A DNA stretch of 64,000 nt, from NCBI GenBank assembly GCA_037445735.1, contig JBBIJY010000012.1, forward strand, positions 28,340-92,339, given 5' to 3'. The stretch's first letter is position 1, and each line of letters begins with the position of its first letter. The notes beneath the pieces were generated by a model. It saw only the letters and a program-made list of their open reading frames with translations. It did no database searches and was not told where the DNA came from. Both the position numbers and the translations under genes were made by a program. This document shows positions 55,627 to 64,000 of this stretch, piece after piece. This stretch comes from Armatimonadota bacterium. Lineage in GTDB: Bacteria > Armatimonadota > Fimbriimonadia > Fimbriimonadales > GBS-DC.

Positions 55627-56958
55627 GTGGTGCGAGCAATGAAGATAAAACTATGGCTCACTGGAGTGATTGCAGTCGTAGCAGTGATGGTTGGTATCTG
55701 GGCTGTGAGTAGCAAAAGCAGACCCCCCCAAGCTAACACAAGCACTACGCAGCAGCCTTCTGACACGCAGCTCAACCCTGCCCTTGTGCAGGACACCAAC
55801 CAGTTCGCCTTCAATCTGCTCAAGGAGCTGCTCAACCCACAGGTTCAGCAGCGCCAGAAACGACCCGCCGTTGTACAGACCGCATCGCCTAATATGGTCT
55901 TCTCGCCCTTAGGTGTGCAGTTTGTGCTGACGCTCTTTCTGAACGGCGCTGAAGGACAAACCTATCAGGAGATTGCCCAGGCGCTGGGTTTCCAGAACGC
56001 TTCGCTGAGAGAAATCAACCAGTTTCATCGGCAGTTGCGACACAAGCTGCAACGCTGGCAGGTAGATGCCAAGCTCATCGCGGTGAATTCTATATGGATT
56101 CGTCCTGTCTACCGCCTCCATCCCGATTTTGAGCGGATTGGTAGCCAGTTTTACGCGCTGGAAGCCAATAAAGCGGATTTTGGCAACCGCGTGGAGGCGG
56201 CGCGTCAAATCAACGCCTGGATGAATCAACGCACGCAGGGACAGATTCCGAAGCTACTCGTTCCAGAAGAGATTGACCCCGCTCAAACGATTTTGGTGTT
56301 GGCAAATGCGTTGTATTTGCGGGCGTTGTGGCAGCAGCCGTTCAAGGTAGCCGATTATGAGCGGGAGTTTCACCCGGAAAAGGGCAAACCGTTCCGTTTT
56401 CGTCCGATGGAGGCGGAGCTGGAGGGCGTGCCGTATGGGCACAACGATTTATGTCGGATTGTGGGTTTGCCCTATCAGAATGGCGATTGGGTGTGCTATG
56501 TGGTGTTGCCGCGCGAGGGCTTGCGGGTGCAGGAGCTGGTGGAGCAGATGGATGCTTTGCGCTGGCAGGAGTGGCTGGGTCAGCTGGCGCGTGCTTCAAA
56601 GGTTCAGGTGGTGCTGCCTCGTTTTGAGGTGGCGAGCGAGTATGATTTGATTCCTGCGCTGGAGCGGTTAGGTGTTCGGCGAGCTTTTGATCCAGAGCAG
56701 GCGGAGTTTCCAAAGATATTGAAGATGAGTGATGTGAGTTTGGATCGGCTCACTACTAGGGCGGGTTATGTTAGTGTTTTCAAACAGGTTGTGCAAGTGC
56801 GTGTGGACGAGCGTGGCACAGAGGCAGGTGCAGGCACTGTCGCCGTAACGGAATCATTAGAGGTGATAACTGTAGATCGCCCCTTCGTATTTGTGATAGC
56901 GGAACGGGAGTCAGGAGTGATTCTATTTATGGGTGTTGTGCATCAGCCCGAGGGATAA
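55627..56958 (+). CDS. Serpin (serine protease inhibitor family), exported
   Basis: NQFAFNL, NMVFSP, INAWM..T.GQI, LANALY....W, LPRF, hinge ERGTEAGAGT, DRPFVFVI, ILFMG. Confidence 0.93.
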   Translation: MVRAMKIKLWLTGVIAVVAVMVGIWAVSSKSRPPQANTSTTQQPSDTQLNPALVQDTNQFAFNLLKELLNPQVQQRQKRPAVVQTASPNMVFSPLGVQFVLTLFLNGAEGQTYQEIAQALGFQNASLREINQFHRQLRHKLQRWQVDAKLIAVNSIWIRPVYRLHPDFERIGSQFYALEANKADFGNRVEAARQINAWMNQRTQGQIPKLLVPEEIDPAQTILVLANALYLRALWQQPFKVADYEREFHPEKGKPFRFRPMEAELEGVPYGHNDLCRIVGLPYQNGDWVCYVVLPREGLRVQELVEQMDALRWQEWLGQLARASKVQVVLPRFEVASEYDLIPALERLGVRRAFDPEQAEFPKILKMSDVSLDRLTTRAGYVSVFKQVVQVRVDERGTEAGAGTVAVTESLEVITVDRPFVFVIAERESGVILFMGVVHQPEG

Positions 56959-56977
56959 GGATCCCCCTATCGCTGTA

Positions 56978-57056
56978 CTGGAGCAGGTGGCGTGTGAGCA
57001 GTTGCTGGCGGGGTTGGATGGGGTGGAGCGAGCGATTGTGCAGGGTTTGCGGGAGG
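56978..57056 (+). repeat. Direct-repeat fragment of the HTH gene (copy of 50969-51059 with a 12-bp deletion)
   Basis: CTGGAGCAGGTGGCGTGTGAGCAGTTG and GGCGGGGTTGGATGGGGTGGAGCGAGCGATTGTGCAGGGTTTGCGGGAGG are identical at both sites. Confidence 0.92.
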
Positions 57057-57151
57057 ACTTGCTGAGATATTTCGCAGCTATTCTTGCTTGGCTTGTTAGC
57101 GTGACCATTCTAATAATAAAAATATTTTTTTTTCAAACTAAGTGCGAAACA

Positions 57152-59113
57152 ATGAGCCGATGGGGCTTTGTGGGTCTAACGGGTTATCTCTGGCTAAGTG
57201 TGGGATGGATAGTGCCATGCCATGCTGCGCAGAGTGAGTCGCGTGTCTCCTTCATTCCGCAACTGTACACCTACTCCGAAATTGCTCAACGGCTCAGCGT
57301 GGGAGATGACAGGGTCAGTTGTGCCCGCACCTTGCGCAACCGTGCCGCCTTTGTGTGCCTGCGTAACCGCTCGTGGCAGCAAGCAACGGAACTGCTTGCT
57401 GCTGCGCTAAGCGTGCGTTTCCGTCCCGATGAACGCGACCCGAATCACTGGTGGATGGAAGAGAATCCCCAGCAGGCGCGTCAGGAGCGTCGCTGGCGTG
57501 AGACCCTCGCTGCTGCCATTCAAGCCGAAGCCGATGGATTGTTAACGATAGCGGACTACCTCCTGCGCTTTGCCGAACAGGAAGGTACCGACTCGGCTCA
57601 CCAGCAACTGCGCGCGTTCATGGAGCAAGTGTACCGCCAGGTTGATGGTACAGGCAATCAGGACGCCATTGCTACTGGGGAGCAAGCAGCCCGCATCGTG
57701 GCGTTCATCCTCGAAGTGCAGAACAATCCGCTTTATCAATTCGCTTTGAAGCAGGTTGCATCGTCGCGTGGGCGTCAAACAGTGGAGCGCCTGCTCAACT
57801 CTGGACTCATCGACGAGGAACCTATTGCTCGATATCTCCCGTCCTGGCGCGAGGGAGCCAAACTCAGCGAAAGTGAGCTGGCGTATGGGCTTGCCCTTAC
57901 ACTGGCGTACTGGGAGGGCCACTACGTCTGGCTGGGCACAGGCTCTGTGCCCAGCCGAAGCGTTGTGAGCCTGTTTCGTCAGGCGGTGCTCAAGGGGCGC
58001 GTCCTGCAGCCCTTTCCTGCCCGCCTTTTCTGGCAAGAGATGTGCCCGCTGTCTGATATGCGAGCGAAGCTGCTTGCCCAATACCCCTCCGCTCAGCAAG
58101 CGGAGTGGATGCTGGCTGAGGTCAGAACCTTTACACAGAGCCATCAGCATCTTTACTTCACATGCCTGAGCGGAGTCTATCTTCTCACTGCCGAAAAGGG
58201 TCTAACCCCTGTACTGACATTCTATCTGCCCCCGCATCGGGTTATGTGGAGGCGGCTGTTGCCGCTTTTGGGGGAGGCTTACGAGCGGCGTCGGTCTCAA
58301 CAGGAGCAGATGACGGAGGTGTTTCTGAAGACTGCGGCGGCTCAGCTACCCGTGCATGGACTCCCATCTTATCTGCCCACCTTCTGGGAGTTTGTGCAGC
58401 GCTGGTGTGAAGCTCATCAGCGCGAAGCGATTGGCGAGTACTTTTTTGATGTGAATTACAGAACAATACTACCTAATCCTGTGCCGCGTGGTTTGAACTG
58501 GGTGACTGTGCTGGCGCACTGTCGAGGGAACCCGCAAGATCCGTTACCCCTGCTGCTGGAGGAGCGCGACGGTGTGCTGCTGATATATCACCCGTTGGCG
58601 TTTCTGTTCCACCGAGTGGACTATCCGCTGGCGGACCTGATAGCGTTGTGGCGTTCAATGGACAGCTGGGTAGGAGCGCCGCTGGAGTTGGCTGTGAGCT
58701 GGGAACAGCTACAGCGTTATTTTCGGACGGCGTCAACCGCGCTGAATGCGGCTTGCTTACTACCCTTTGATGCCTCTTATGAGCGGGGCATGCTGCCCTG
58801 CGCCGAGCCGCTCTATCGGGTGCTGAACAGCCTGCCCGAAGGGATCCGGCAGTCGCTGTGGCTGCGGGGCGGTCGTGTGGACTGGAGACAGGCAACTTTG
58901 AATCGGGCGTTCTTTACCCGCTTGCTGCAGCAGTTTGGTGTGAGAGAGGCGTACCATCCCGATTTTGCGGATTGGCTTCTGACGGCAGAAGTGGTAGTGC
59001 GGCTCTATCCAGCCAGCAAGCCCGACCAGGTGCAGTTGTCGGTTGCTCTGGAGCAGGGGAATGTGCGCATCCTGCTGGGGGAACTGACAATTGTGAAAGA
59101 ACGGGGTCAGTAG
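57152..59113 (+). CDS. Large secreted hypothetical protein
   Basis: Signal peptide MSRWGFVGL...CHAA; the N-terminal pattern loosely resembles the 53881 protein. Confidence 0.7.
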   Translation: MSRWGFVGLTGYLWLSVGWIVPCHAAQSESRVSFIPQLYTYSEIAQRLSVGDDRVSCARTLRNRAAFVCLRNRSWQQATELLAAALSVRFRPDERDPNHWWMEENPQQARQERRWRETLAAAIQAEADGLLTIADYLLRFAEQEGTDSAHQQLRAFMEQVYRQVDGTGNQDAIATGEQAARIVAFILEVQNNPLYQFALKQVASSRGRQTVERLLNSGLIDEEPIARYLPSWREGAKLSESELAYGLALTLAYWEGHYVWLGTGSVPSRSVVSLFRQAVLKGRVLQPFPARLFWQEMCPLSDMRAKLLAQYPSAQQAEWMLAEVRTFTQSHQHLYFTCLSGVYLLTAEKGLTPVLTFYLPPHRVMWRRLLPLLGEAYERRRSQQEQMTEVFLKTAAAQLPVHGLPSYLPTFWEFVQRWCEAHQREAIGEYFFDVNYRTILPNPVPRGLNWVTVLAHCRGNPQDPLPLLLEERDGVLLIYHPLAFLFHRVDYPLADLIALWRSMDSWVGAPLELAVSWEQLQRYFRTASTALNAACLLPFDASYERGMLPCAEPLYRVLNSLPEGIRQSLWLRGGRVDWRQATLNRAFFTRLLQQFGVREAYHPDFADWLLTAEVVVRLYPASKPDQVQLSVALEQGNVRILLGELTIVKERGQ

Positions 59114-59127
59114 GTACAATCTCTGCT

Positions 59128-60717
59128 GTGAAACGGCGACTGTTATTGGGGCTTTGGATCGGGTTGATGAGCCTCGCGCTGGCAGACCGACCAGCGTGGA
59201 TGACCAGCGCGGAGAGCATCACGCCCGCCGATTTGCGGGCGCACCTGGAGTTTATCGCTTCCGACGAGCTGGAAGGGCGCGACACGCCCTCGCGCGGACT
59301 CGATATCGCGGGCATGTACATCGTGTCCCACCTCAAGCGCTGGGGGCTGAAACCGGGCGGCGAGAACGGCACCTACTATCAGACACTCACCATCCGCACG
59401 GATCAGGTGCGCACCGATTCGAGCGTGGTGCGCATCGGCACGCAGGAGTTCCGCTACGGCGAAGGCTTCGTGGCGCGCGCGGTACCCCTCTCCGCTGAAG
59501 CCCAGCCCGTGTATGTCGGCTACGGCTGGTCGAACCCCACTCAGAGCATCGATCCCTACAGGGGGCTGGATGTGCGCGAGAAGGTGCTGGTGGTGCTGGG
59601 TGGCTTCCCGAAACAGGTGGTGCAACTGGGGCTGGAAAAGGCACAGCAGGAAGGCTGGGTTAGCCCCGAAGAGAACGCCCGCCGCCGCGGCGCCCGCGCC
59701 ATCCTGCGCATCGACCCCCTGCTGATGGAACGACTGGAGCGCCAGAGCCGCATGTGGGCGCGACGACGCCTCGTTGAAGAGCTGGACCGCGAGGAACCCA
59801 GCGTGCCCCTGATTGTGCCCGCACGCGCCATGCTCGACGCGCTCTGCCAGGGCGAGGAGGTAAGCGCGGACGAACTCATCCAGCGTGCCCAATCGGGCGA
59901 AGCGGGCGAACCGTTCACCTTCCGTGCCAGCAAACGCCTGCACATCGAAATCGCTGTGCAGACCACGCGCGAGACCGCCCGCAATGTAATCGCGATTGCC
60001 GAAGGTAGCGACCCCGTTCTCAAAAACGAGTATGTGGTCGTCGGCGCGCACTTAGACCATGTGGGTGTTGGCACGCCACGTCGACCGGGCGAAGATGTCA
60101 TCTACAACGGCGCGGACGACGACGGCTCGGGAACCGTCGCGCTGCTGGAGATGGCGGAAGCGATTGCGCACGGCGCACGACCCAGACGCTCGGTGCTGTT
60201 CATCTGGCATGTGGGCGAGGAAAAAGGGCTGTGGGGTTCACGCCTGTTCACCGAGCACCCAACCGTGCCCCTGCAGAACCTTATTGCTGAAGTCAACATC
60301 GATATGATCGGGCGCAGCAAGCCGCTGAACAACACCAACCCGCGCAACGCCGATCTGTCCGAACCCGATGAAATCTTCGTGATCGGTCCCCGGCTTGCCA
60401 GCCCCGATCTCGGCAAAGTGCTGGAACGGGTGAACGCGAGCTATCTCAAGCTGCGTCTGAACCCGCGCTATGACGACCCCAGCGACCCCGAACGGCTCTA
60501 TTACCGCAGCGACCACTACAGCTACGCCCGCAAGGGCATCCCGGTCATCTTCTTCTTCAGCGGTCTGCACGAGGATTATCACCAGCCCAGCGACCATGTG
60601 GACAAAATCGACTTTGAGAAGATGGCGAAGGTTACGCGCACCATCTACGGGCTGGTGTGGAGCATTGCAGACCAGGAGGAGCGCCCCGCGCGCGTGAAGG
60701 TGAGCGACAATGAGTGA
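59128..60717 (+). CDS. M28 family aminopeptidase with PA domain
   Basis: ASDELEGR, GAHLDH, NGADDDGSG, GEEKGL, NIDMIGR, RSDH, DYH; GTG start with signal peptide. Confidence 0.93.
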   Translation: MKRRLLLGLWIGLMSLALADRPAWMTSAESITPADLRAHLEFIASDELEGRDTPSRGLDIAGMYIVSHLKRWGLKPGGENGTYYQTLTIRTDQVRTDSSVVRIGTQEFRYGEGFVARAVPLSAEAQPVYVGYGWSNPTQSIDPYRGLDVREKVLVVLGGFPKQVVQLGLEKAQQEGWVSPEENARRRGARAILRIDPLLMERLERQSRMWARRRLVEELDREEPSVPLIVPARAMLDALCQGEEVSADELIQRAQSGEAGEPFTFRASKRLHIEIAVQTTRETARNVIAIAEGSDPVLKNEYVVVGAHLDHVGVGTPRRPGEDVIYNGADDDGSGTVALLEMAEAIAHGARPRRSVLFIWHVGEEKGLWGSRLFTEHPTVPLQNLIAEVNIDMIGRSKPLNNTNPRNADLSEPDEIFVIGPRLASPDLGKVLERVNASYLKLRLNPRYDDPSDPERLYYRSDHYSYARKGIPVIFFFSGLHEDYHQPSDHVDKIDFEKMAKVTRTIYGLVWSIADQEERPARVKVSDNE

Positions 60718-61234
60718 GCGCACGCAGGAGCAGTTAATGGAGCAGGCGGCGCAGGCGCTTCAAGCCGCGCTCGAACGGCTGCATGTGCCCTTCAACGCCG
60801 ACAGGTTCGAGTGGGAGGGCGTCCTCGCGCGGGACTACAAAGCGCATGCGGGCGACGCGCGAGGTATGGGCTGGCGCGGTATCCGACGCTACGGGCTGGG
60901 ACGACCGCCGATTATCCCCGTCCAGTTTGCCCTGCGCTACTTCGAAATCGAGCCGGGCGGCTACTCCAGCCTCGAAAAGCATCACCATGCGCATCTGGTG
61001 ATCGTGCTTCGCGGGCGGGGTCGGGCGCTGGTCGGCACGCGCGTGTTCGAGCTGAAGCCGTTCGATCTGCTCTATGTGCCGCCCGACACGCCGCACCGCT
61101 GGCTGAACCCCTATGAGGAGCCGTTCGGCTTTCTGTGCCCCGTGGACGCCGAGCGCGACCGACCCCAGCCCATCAGCGACGAGGAATGGGAAGCTCTCCG
61201 CCAGAACCCCGAAACCGCGCCGTATCTGTTTTGA
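60710..61234 (+). CDS. Cupin domain protein
   Basis: PGGYSSLEKHHHAH; FDLLYVPPDTPH. Confidence 0.85.
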   Translation: MSERTQEQLMEQAAQALQAALERLHVPFNADRFEWEGVLARDYKAHAGDARGMGWRGIRRYGLGRPPIIPVQFALRYFEIEPGGYSSLEKHHHAHLVIVLRGRGRALVGTRVFELKPFDLLYVPPDTPHRWLNPYEEPFGFLCPVDAERDRPQPISDEEWEALRQNPETAPYLF

Positions 61235-61253
61235 GAGGTACAATCGAATCGCC

Positions 61254-61790
61254 ATGAACCGCACGGTTTACAACGGCGTGCAGATTGAGGTGGTGGAGGC
61301 AGACATCACCGAGCAGCCGGTGGACGCGATTGTGAACGCTGCCAATAGCGAGCTGATTCTGGGCGGGGGCGTGGCGGGCGCCATCGCTCGCAAGGGCGGC
61401 CCGAGCATTCAGGAGGAATGCCAGCGGCACGGACCCATTCGCGTCGGGGAAGCCGCCATCACGGGCGCGGGCAACCTGCCAGCCAGATATGTGATTCACG
61501 CTGCCAGCATGCAGCTGGGTGGCAGGGCGACCGCTGAAAGCATTCGCAGCAGCGTGGCGCACGCGCTCCGCCTCGCCGACGAGCATCAGGTGCGCACCAT
61601 CGCGCTGCCCGCTGTCGGAATGGGCATCGCGGGATTCCCCCTGCGCGAGGGCGCCCGAATCATGATGGAAACGCTCAAAGCGCACATCGACAGCGGCACA
61701 GAGCTGCAAGCGGTGCGATTCTGCCTCTTCGGTCAGGAGGCGGTTCAGGCATTCGAGCAGGCGTTGCAGGAGGTGTTCGGTGGCAGCTGA
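61254..61790 (+). CDS. Macro domain protein (ADP-ribose processing)
   Basis: DITE..VDAIVNAAN, GGGVAGAI, VIHA, PAVGMGIAGF. Confidence 0.92.
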   Translation: MNRTVYNGVQIEVVEADITEQPVDAIVNAANSELILGGGVAGAIARKGGPSIQEECQRHGPIRVGEAAITGAGNLPARYVIHAASMQLGGRATAESIRSSVAHALRLADEHQVRTIALPAVGMGIAGFPLREGARIMMETLKAHIDSGTELQAVRFCLFGQEAVQAFEQALQEVFGGS

Positions 61791-62562
61791 GCGCCCGCGC
61801 CTGTCGGTGGTCATCCCTGCCTATAACGAAGAGGCGCGTATCGAGAACACGCTCCAGCGCGTGGTCGCCTATTTCGACGCGCGAGGTGAACCCTACGAGG
61901 TGCTGGTGGTCAGCGACGGCAGCACCGATCGCACCGAGAGCCTCGTGCAGGCGTTTGCTGCGCAGCATCCGCAGGTCAAACTGCTCGCCTATCAGCCCAA
62001 TCGGGGCAAGGGGCACGCCGTGCGCTACGGCATCCTGCGCGCACAGGGCGAACGGGTGCTGTTCAGCGACGCCGATCTGGCGACCCCCATCGAGGAGTAC
62101 GAGAAGCTATTACCCTACCTCGAACAGGGCTACGAGGTGGCGATAGGCTCGCGTCCGCTGCGCGAATCGCACCTGATTGTGCGTCAGCCGTTCTATCGGG
62201 AGTGGGCGGGGCGCGCCTTCAACAAACTGGTGCAGCTGCTGGCGGTGCCGGGCATCCACGACACGCAGTGCGGGTTCAAACTCTTCACGGGCGAGGCAGC
62301 GCAGGCGATTTTCAGCCTGTGCCGACTGGACGGCTTCAGCTTCGATTTCGAGGCGCTCTACTGGGCGCGACGGCTGGGCTACCGCATCGCCGAGGTGCCC
62401 ATCCGCTGGATGCATCAGGAAGGCTCGAAGGTGAAACTCCTGCGCGACGGGCTGCGGATGGTGCGCGACCTGCTCTGGCTGCGCCTGACGGCATCCCGCC
62501 AGCTGGCACTGGTGCAGATGACGAACGATGCTGGAAGCAGAGAGGTTGAGCGCCGGCTATAG
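61780..62562 (+). CDS. GT2 glycosyltransferase, dolichyl-phosphate glucosyltransferase-like
   Basis: SVVIPAYNE, DGSTD, NRGKG, DADL, DTQCGFK. Confidence 0.92.
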   Translation: MAAERPRLSVVIPAYNEEARIENTLQRVVAYFDARGEPYEVLVVSDGSTDRTESLVQAFAAQHPQVKLLAYQPNRGKGHAVRYGILRAQGERVLFSDADLATPIEEYEKLLPYLEQGYEVAIGSRPLRESHLIVRQPFYREWAGRAFNKLVQLLAVPGIHDTQCGFKLFTGEAAQAIFSLCRLDGFSFDFEALYWARRLGYRIAEVPIRWMHQEGSKVKLLRDGLRMVRDLLWLRLTASRQLALVQMTNDAGSREVERRL

Positions 62563-63796
62563 CGGGCGTGCGGTGCTGCACGACTTCTCGCTCCAGCTCG
62601 CGCCAGGCGAGGTGGTCGCGCTGGTGGGCCCCAACGGCAGCGGCAAGACGACCGCCCTGCGCGTGCTCGCCCGCGTGCTGAACCCCCTGCGAGGCGACCT
62701 GCGCCTGAACGGACGTCCCTACGCGCACTACAGCCCGACCGAGTTCGCCCGCGCCGTCGCCTACGCCCCACAAACGGAGCTGCCCGAAATGGGCTTCCGC
62801 GTCTACGAGCTGGTGCTGATGGGACGCTATCCGCACCAGAAGGGCTTCTGGGGACTCACCGGGCGCGATTGCGATGCCGTCCGCGCGGCGATGGAACAGC
62901 TGGAGATCGGGCACCTGCAGGAGCGGTTCGTCAGCCAGCTGAGCGGCGGCGAGCGCCAGCGCGTGAACCTCGCGCGAGCGCTGGCACAGGACGCCCGGTA
63001 CCTGCTGCTGGACGAACCGACCGCCCATCTCGACCTGCGCCATCAGGTACGCCTGCTTGCTCGCCTGCGCGACTGGTGCGCCAACCGCGCGATGGCAATG
63101 CTGATGGTGCTGCACGACCTCAATCTGGCATCGGAGTATGCTGACCGAATAGTGCTGTTGAGCGAGGGTCGCATCGTGGCGCAGGGCACGCCCGCCGAAG
63201 TGCTGACCCCCGAACTCATCGAGCGGGTCTACCATGTGCCTGCCCTGATACGCACCCATCCGCTGACAGGACGCCCGGTGGTGTTCGCGCTCGACACGGA
63301 ACTTCAGCCATCGCGCAATCCCGATGCGCCCGCGCTCTTTCTGATTGCTGGCGGCGGTTCGGGCACGCCCCTCTACTATCCCCTGCTGGAGCAGGGCTGG
63401 AACCTGCGTGTCGGCGTGTTGAACCTGCTGGACACCGACGAAGAGACCGCCCGCGCGCTGAATCTGGAGATGGTCAGCGTGGAGCCGTTCTCGCCCATTT
63501 CCGAAAGCGCGTACCAGCGTGCATGGGAGCTGATGCGCATGTCGTGCGCCGTTGTGCTGACCGATGTGCCGTTCGGGCGCGGCAACCTGCAGAATCTGAG
63601 GCTGGCGCTGGAGGCTCAGCAGAGCGGTATCCCCGTGTACGCGCTCGCCTCGCGCCCCATCACCGAGCGCGACTTCACCGACGGCGAGGCGACCCGCCTG
63701 TGGCAGGCTCTGCATTCGGCAGGCGCGCATCTCTACCCCGACCAGCATGCCCTGCTCAATGCCCTGCAGGCGCTCTTTGAGGAGGTCGCCCGGTGA
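62528..63796 (+). CDS. Iron/cobalamin-type ABC transporter ATP-binding protein with C-terminal extension
   Basis: GPNGSGKT, LSGGERQRV, LLDEPTAHLD, VLHDLNLA. Confidence 0.9.
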   Translation: MLEAERLSAGYSGRAVLHDFSLQLAPGEVVALVGPNGSGKTTALRVLARVLNPLRGDLRLNGRPYAHYSPTEFARAVAYAPQTELPEMGFRVYELVLMGRYPHQKGFWGLTGRDCDAVRAAMEQLEIGHLQERFVSQLSGGERQRVNLARALAQDARYLLLDEPTAHLDLRHQVRLLARLRDWCANRAMAMLMVLHDLNLASEYADRIVLLSEGRIVAQGTPAEVLTPELIERVYHVPALIRTHPLTGRPVVFALDTELQPSRNPDAPALFLIAGGGSGTPLYYPLLEQGWNLRVGVLNLLDTDEETARALNLEMVSVEPFSPISESAYQRAWELMRMSCAVVLTDVPFGRGNLQNLRLALEAQQSGIPVYALASRPITERDFTDGEATRLWQALHSAGAHLYPDQHALLNALQALFEEVAR

Positions 63797-64000
63797 AACT
63801 CTGGATATTGCTGATAGGGTTATCGCTAACTTTCGCACCCGTACCCTTAGCCCCCTCACCCATACCCTCTCTCTCGCTGGGGGAGAGGGACTCAGAAACC
63901 CCCTCACCCGTACCCTCTCCCCCGCTGGGGGAGAGGGACTCAGAAACCCCCTCACCCGTACCCTCTCCCCCGCTGGGGGAGAGGGACTCAGAAACCCCCT
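63793..64000 (+). CDS. 5' part of a secreted protein whose N-terminus contains repeat-derived 16-aa units (not in the ORF track)
   Basis: RBS GAGGAGG, GTG overlapping the upstream stop, MKLWILLIGLSLTFAPVPLA, then (PSPVPSPPLGERDSET)n; open to the window end. Confidence 0.65.
   Translation, partial: MKLWILLIGLSLTFAPVPLAPSPIPSLSLGERDSETPSPVPSPPLGERDSETPSPVPSPPLGERDSETP
63851..64000 (+). repeat. 48-bp tandem array of the palindromic element (at least 3 units, truncated by the window end)
   Basis: CCCCCTCACCCGTACCCTCTCCCCCGCTGGGGGAGAGGGACTCAGAAA at 63851, 63899, 63947 and 63995. Confidence 0.95.

Noticed and set aside
56933-57151. Fusion of the HTH fragment to the downstream secreted protein
   Set aside because: The frame is open, but there is no good start or RBS, and a signal peptide begins at 57152; treated as a recombination scar.
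49370-59113. Prophage
   Set aside because: Only TerL is phage-like; no portal, capsid, tail, integrase or att sites were recognised.
63851-64000. Possible CRISPR array
   Set aside because: The units are head-to-tail with no unique spacers, there are no cas genes, and the unit belongs to the dispersed palindrome family.
1-64000. tRNA, rRNA or known riboswitches
   Set aside because: None recognised by eye; a covariance-model scan is needed to exclude them.

Overview
GC-rich bacterial chromosomal window with about 60 genes. The lineage is probably Armatimonadota (inference from the prepilin/H-X9-DG proteins, the dockerin-like C-terminal tail, DUF3084 and flagellar genes). Housekeeping and accessory genes include a YhaO/YhaN-type Mre11-Rad50 pair, flgG/flgF, a FadN-like enzyme, a ComM/YifB ATPase, HtrA, nfo, an atypical YchF, hppD, a cold-shock protein, coaX, an ABC-2 operon, prfA, a pilin/minor-pilin cluster, an M28 peptidase, a macro domain protein, a GT2 and an ABC ATPase. 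I found no rRNA, tRNA, CRISPR array or integrase. Main oddities: (1) a dispersed GC-rich palindromic repeat family in at least 9 loci, which also sits in-frame inside three genes, including a 48-bp/16-aa tandem array right after a signal peptide; (2) a lone, host-like phage terminase large subunit next to a lower-GC island, headed by a sigma-region-4/HTH gene and partly bracketed by a fragment of that same gene, that encodes paralogous exported proteins, two frameshifted genes and a serpin; (3) a DNA methyltransferase paired with an unrecognised gene; (4) a nearly uncharged pseudo-receiver protein behind a consensus sigma-28 promoter; (5) a recurrent GCAGGA-N17/18-GAA(T/C) promoter motif and several apparently leaderless genes; (6) a structured RNA candidate with an anti-SD loop upstream of htrA. 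All calls come from reading motifs by eye; no database searches were run.
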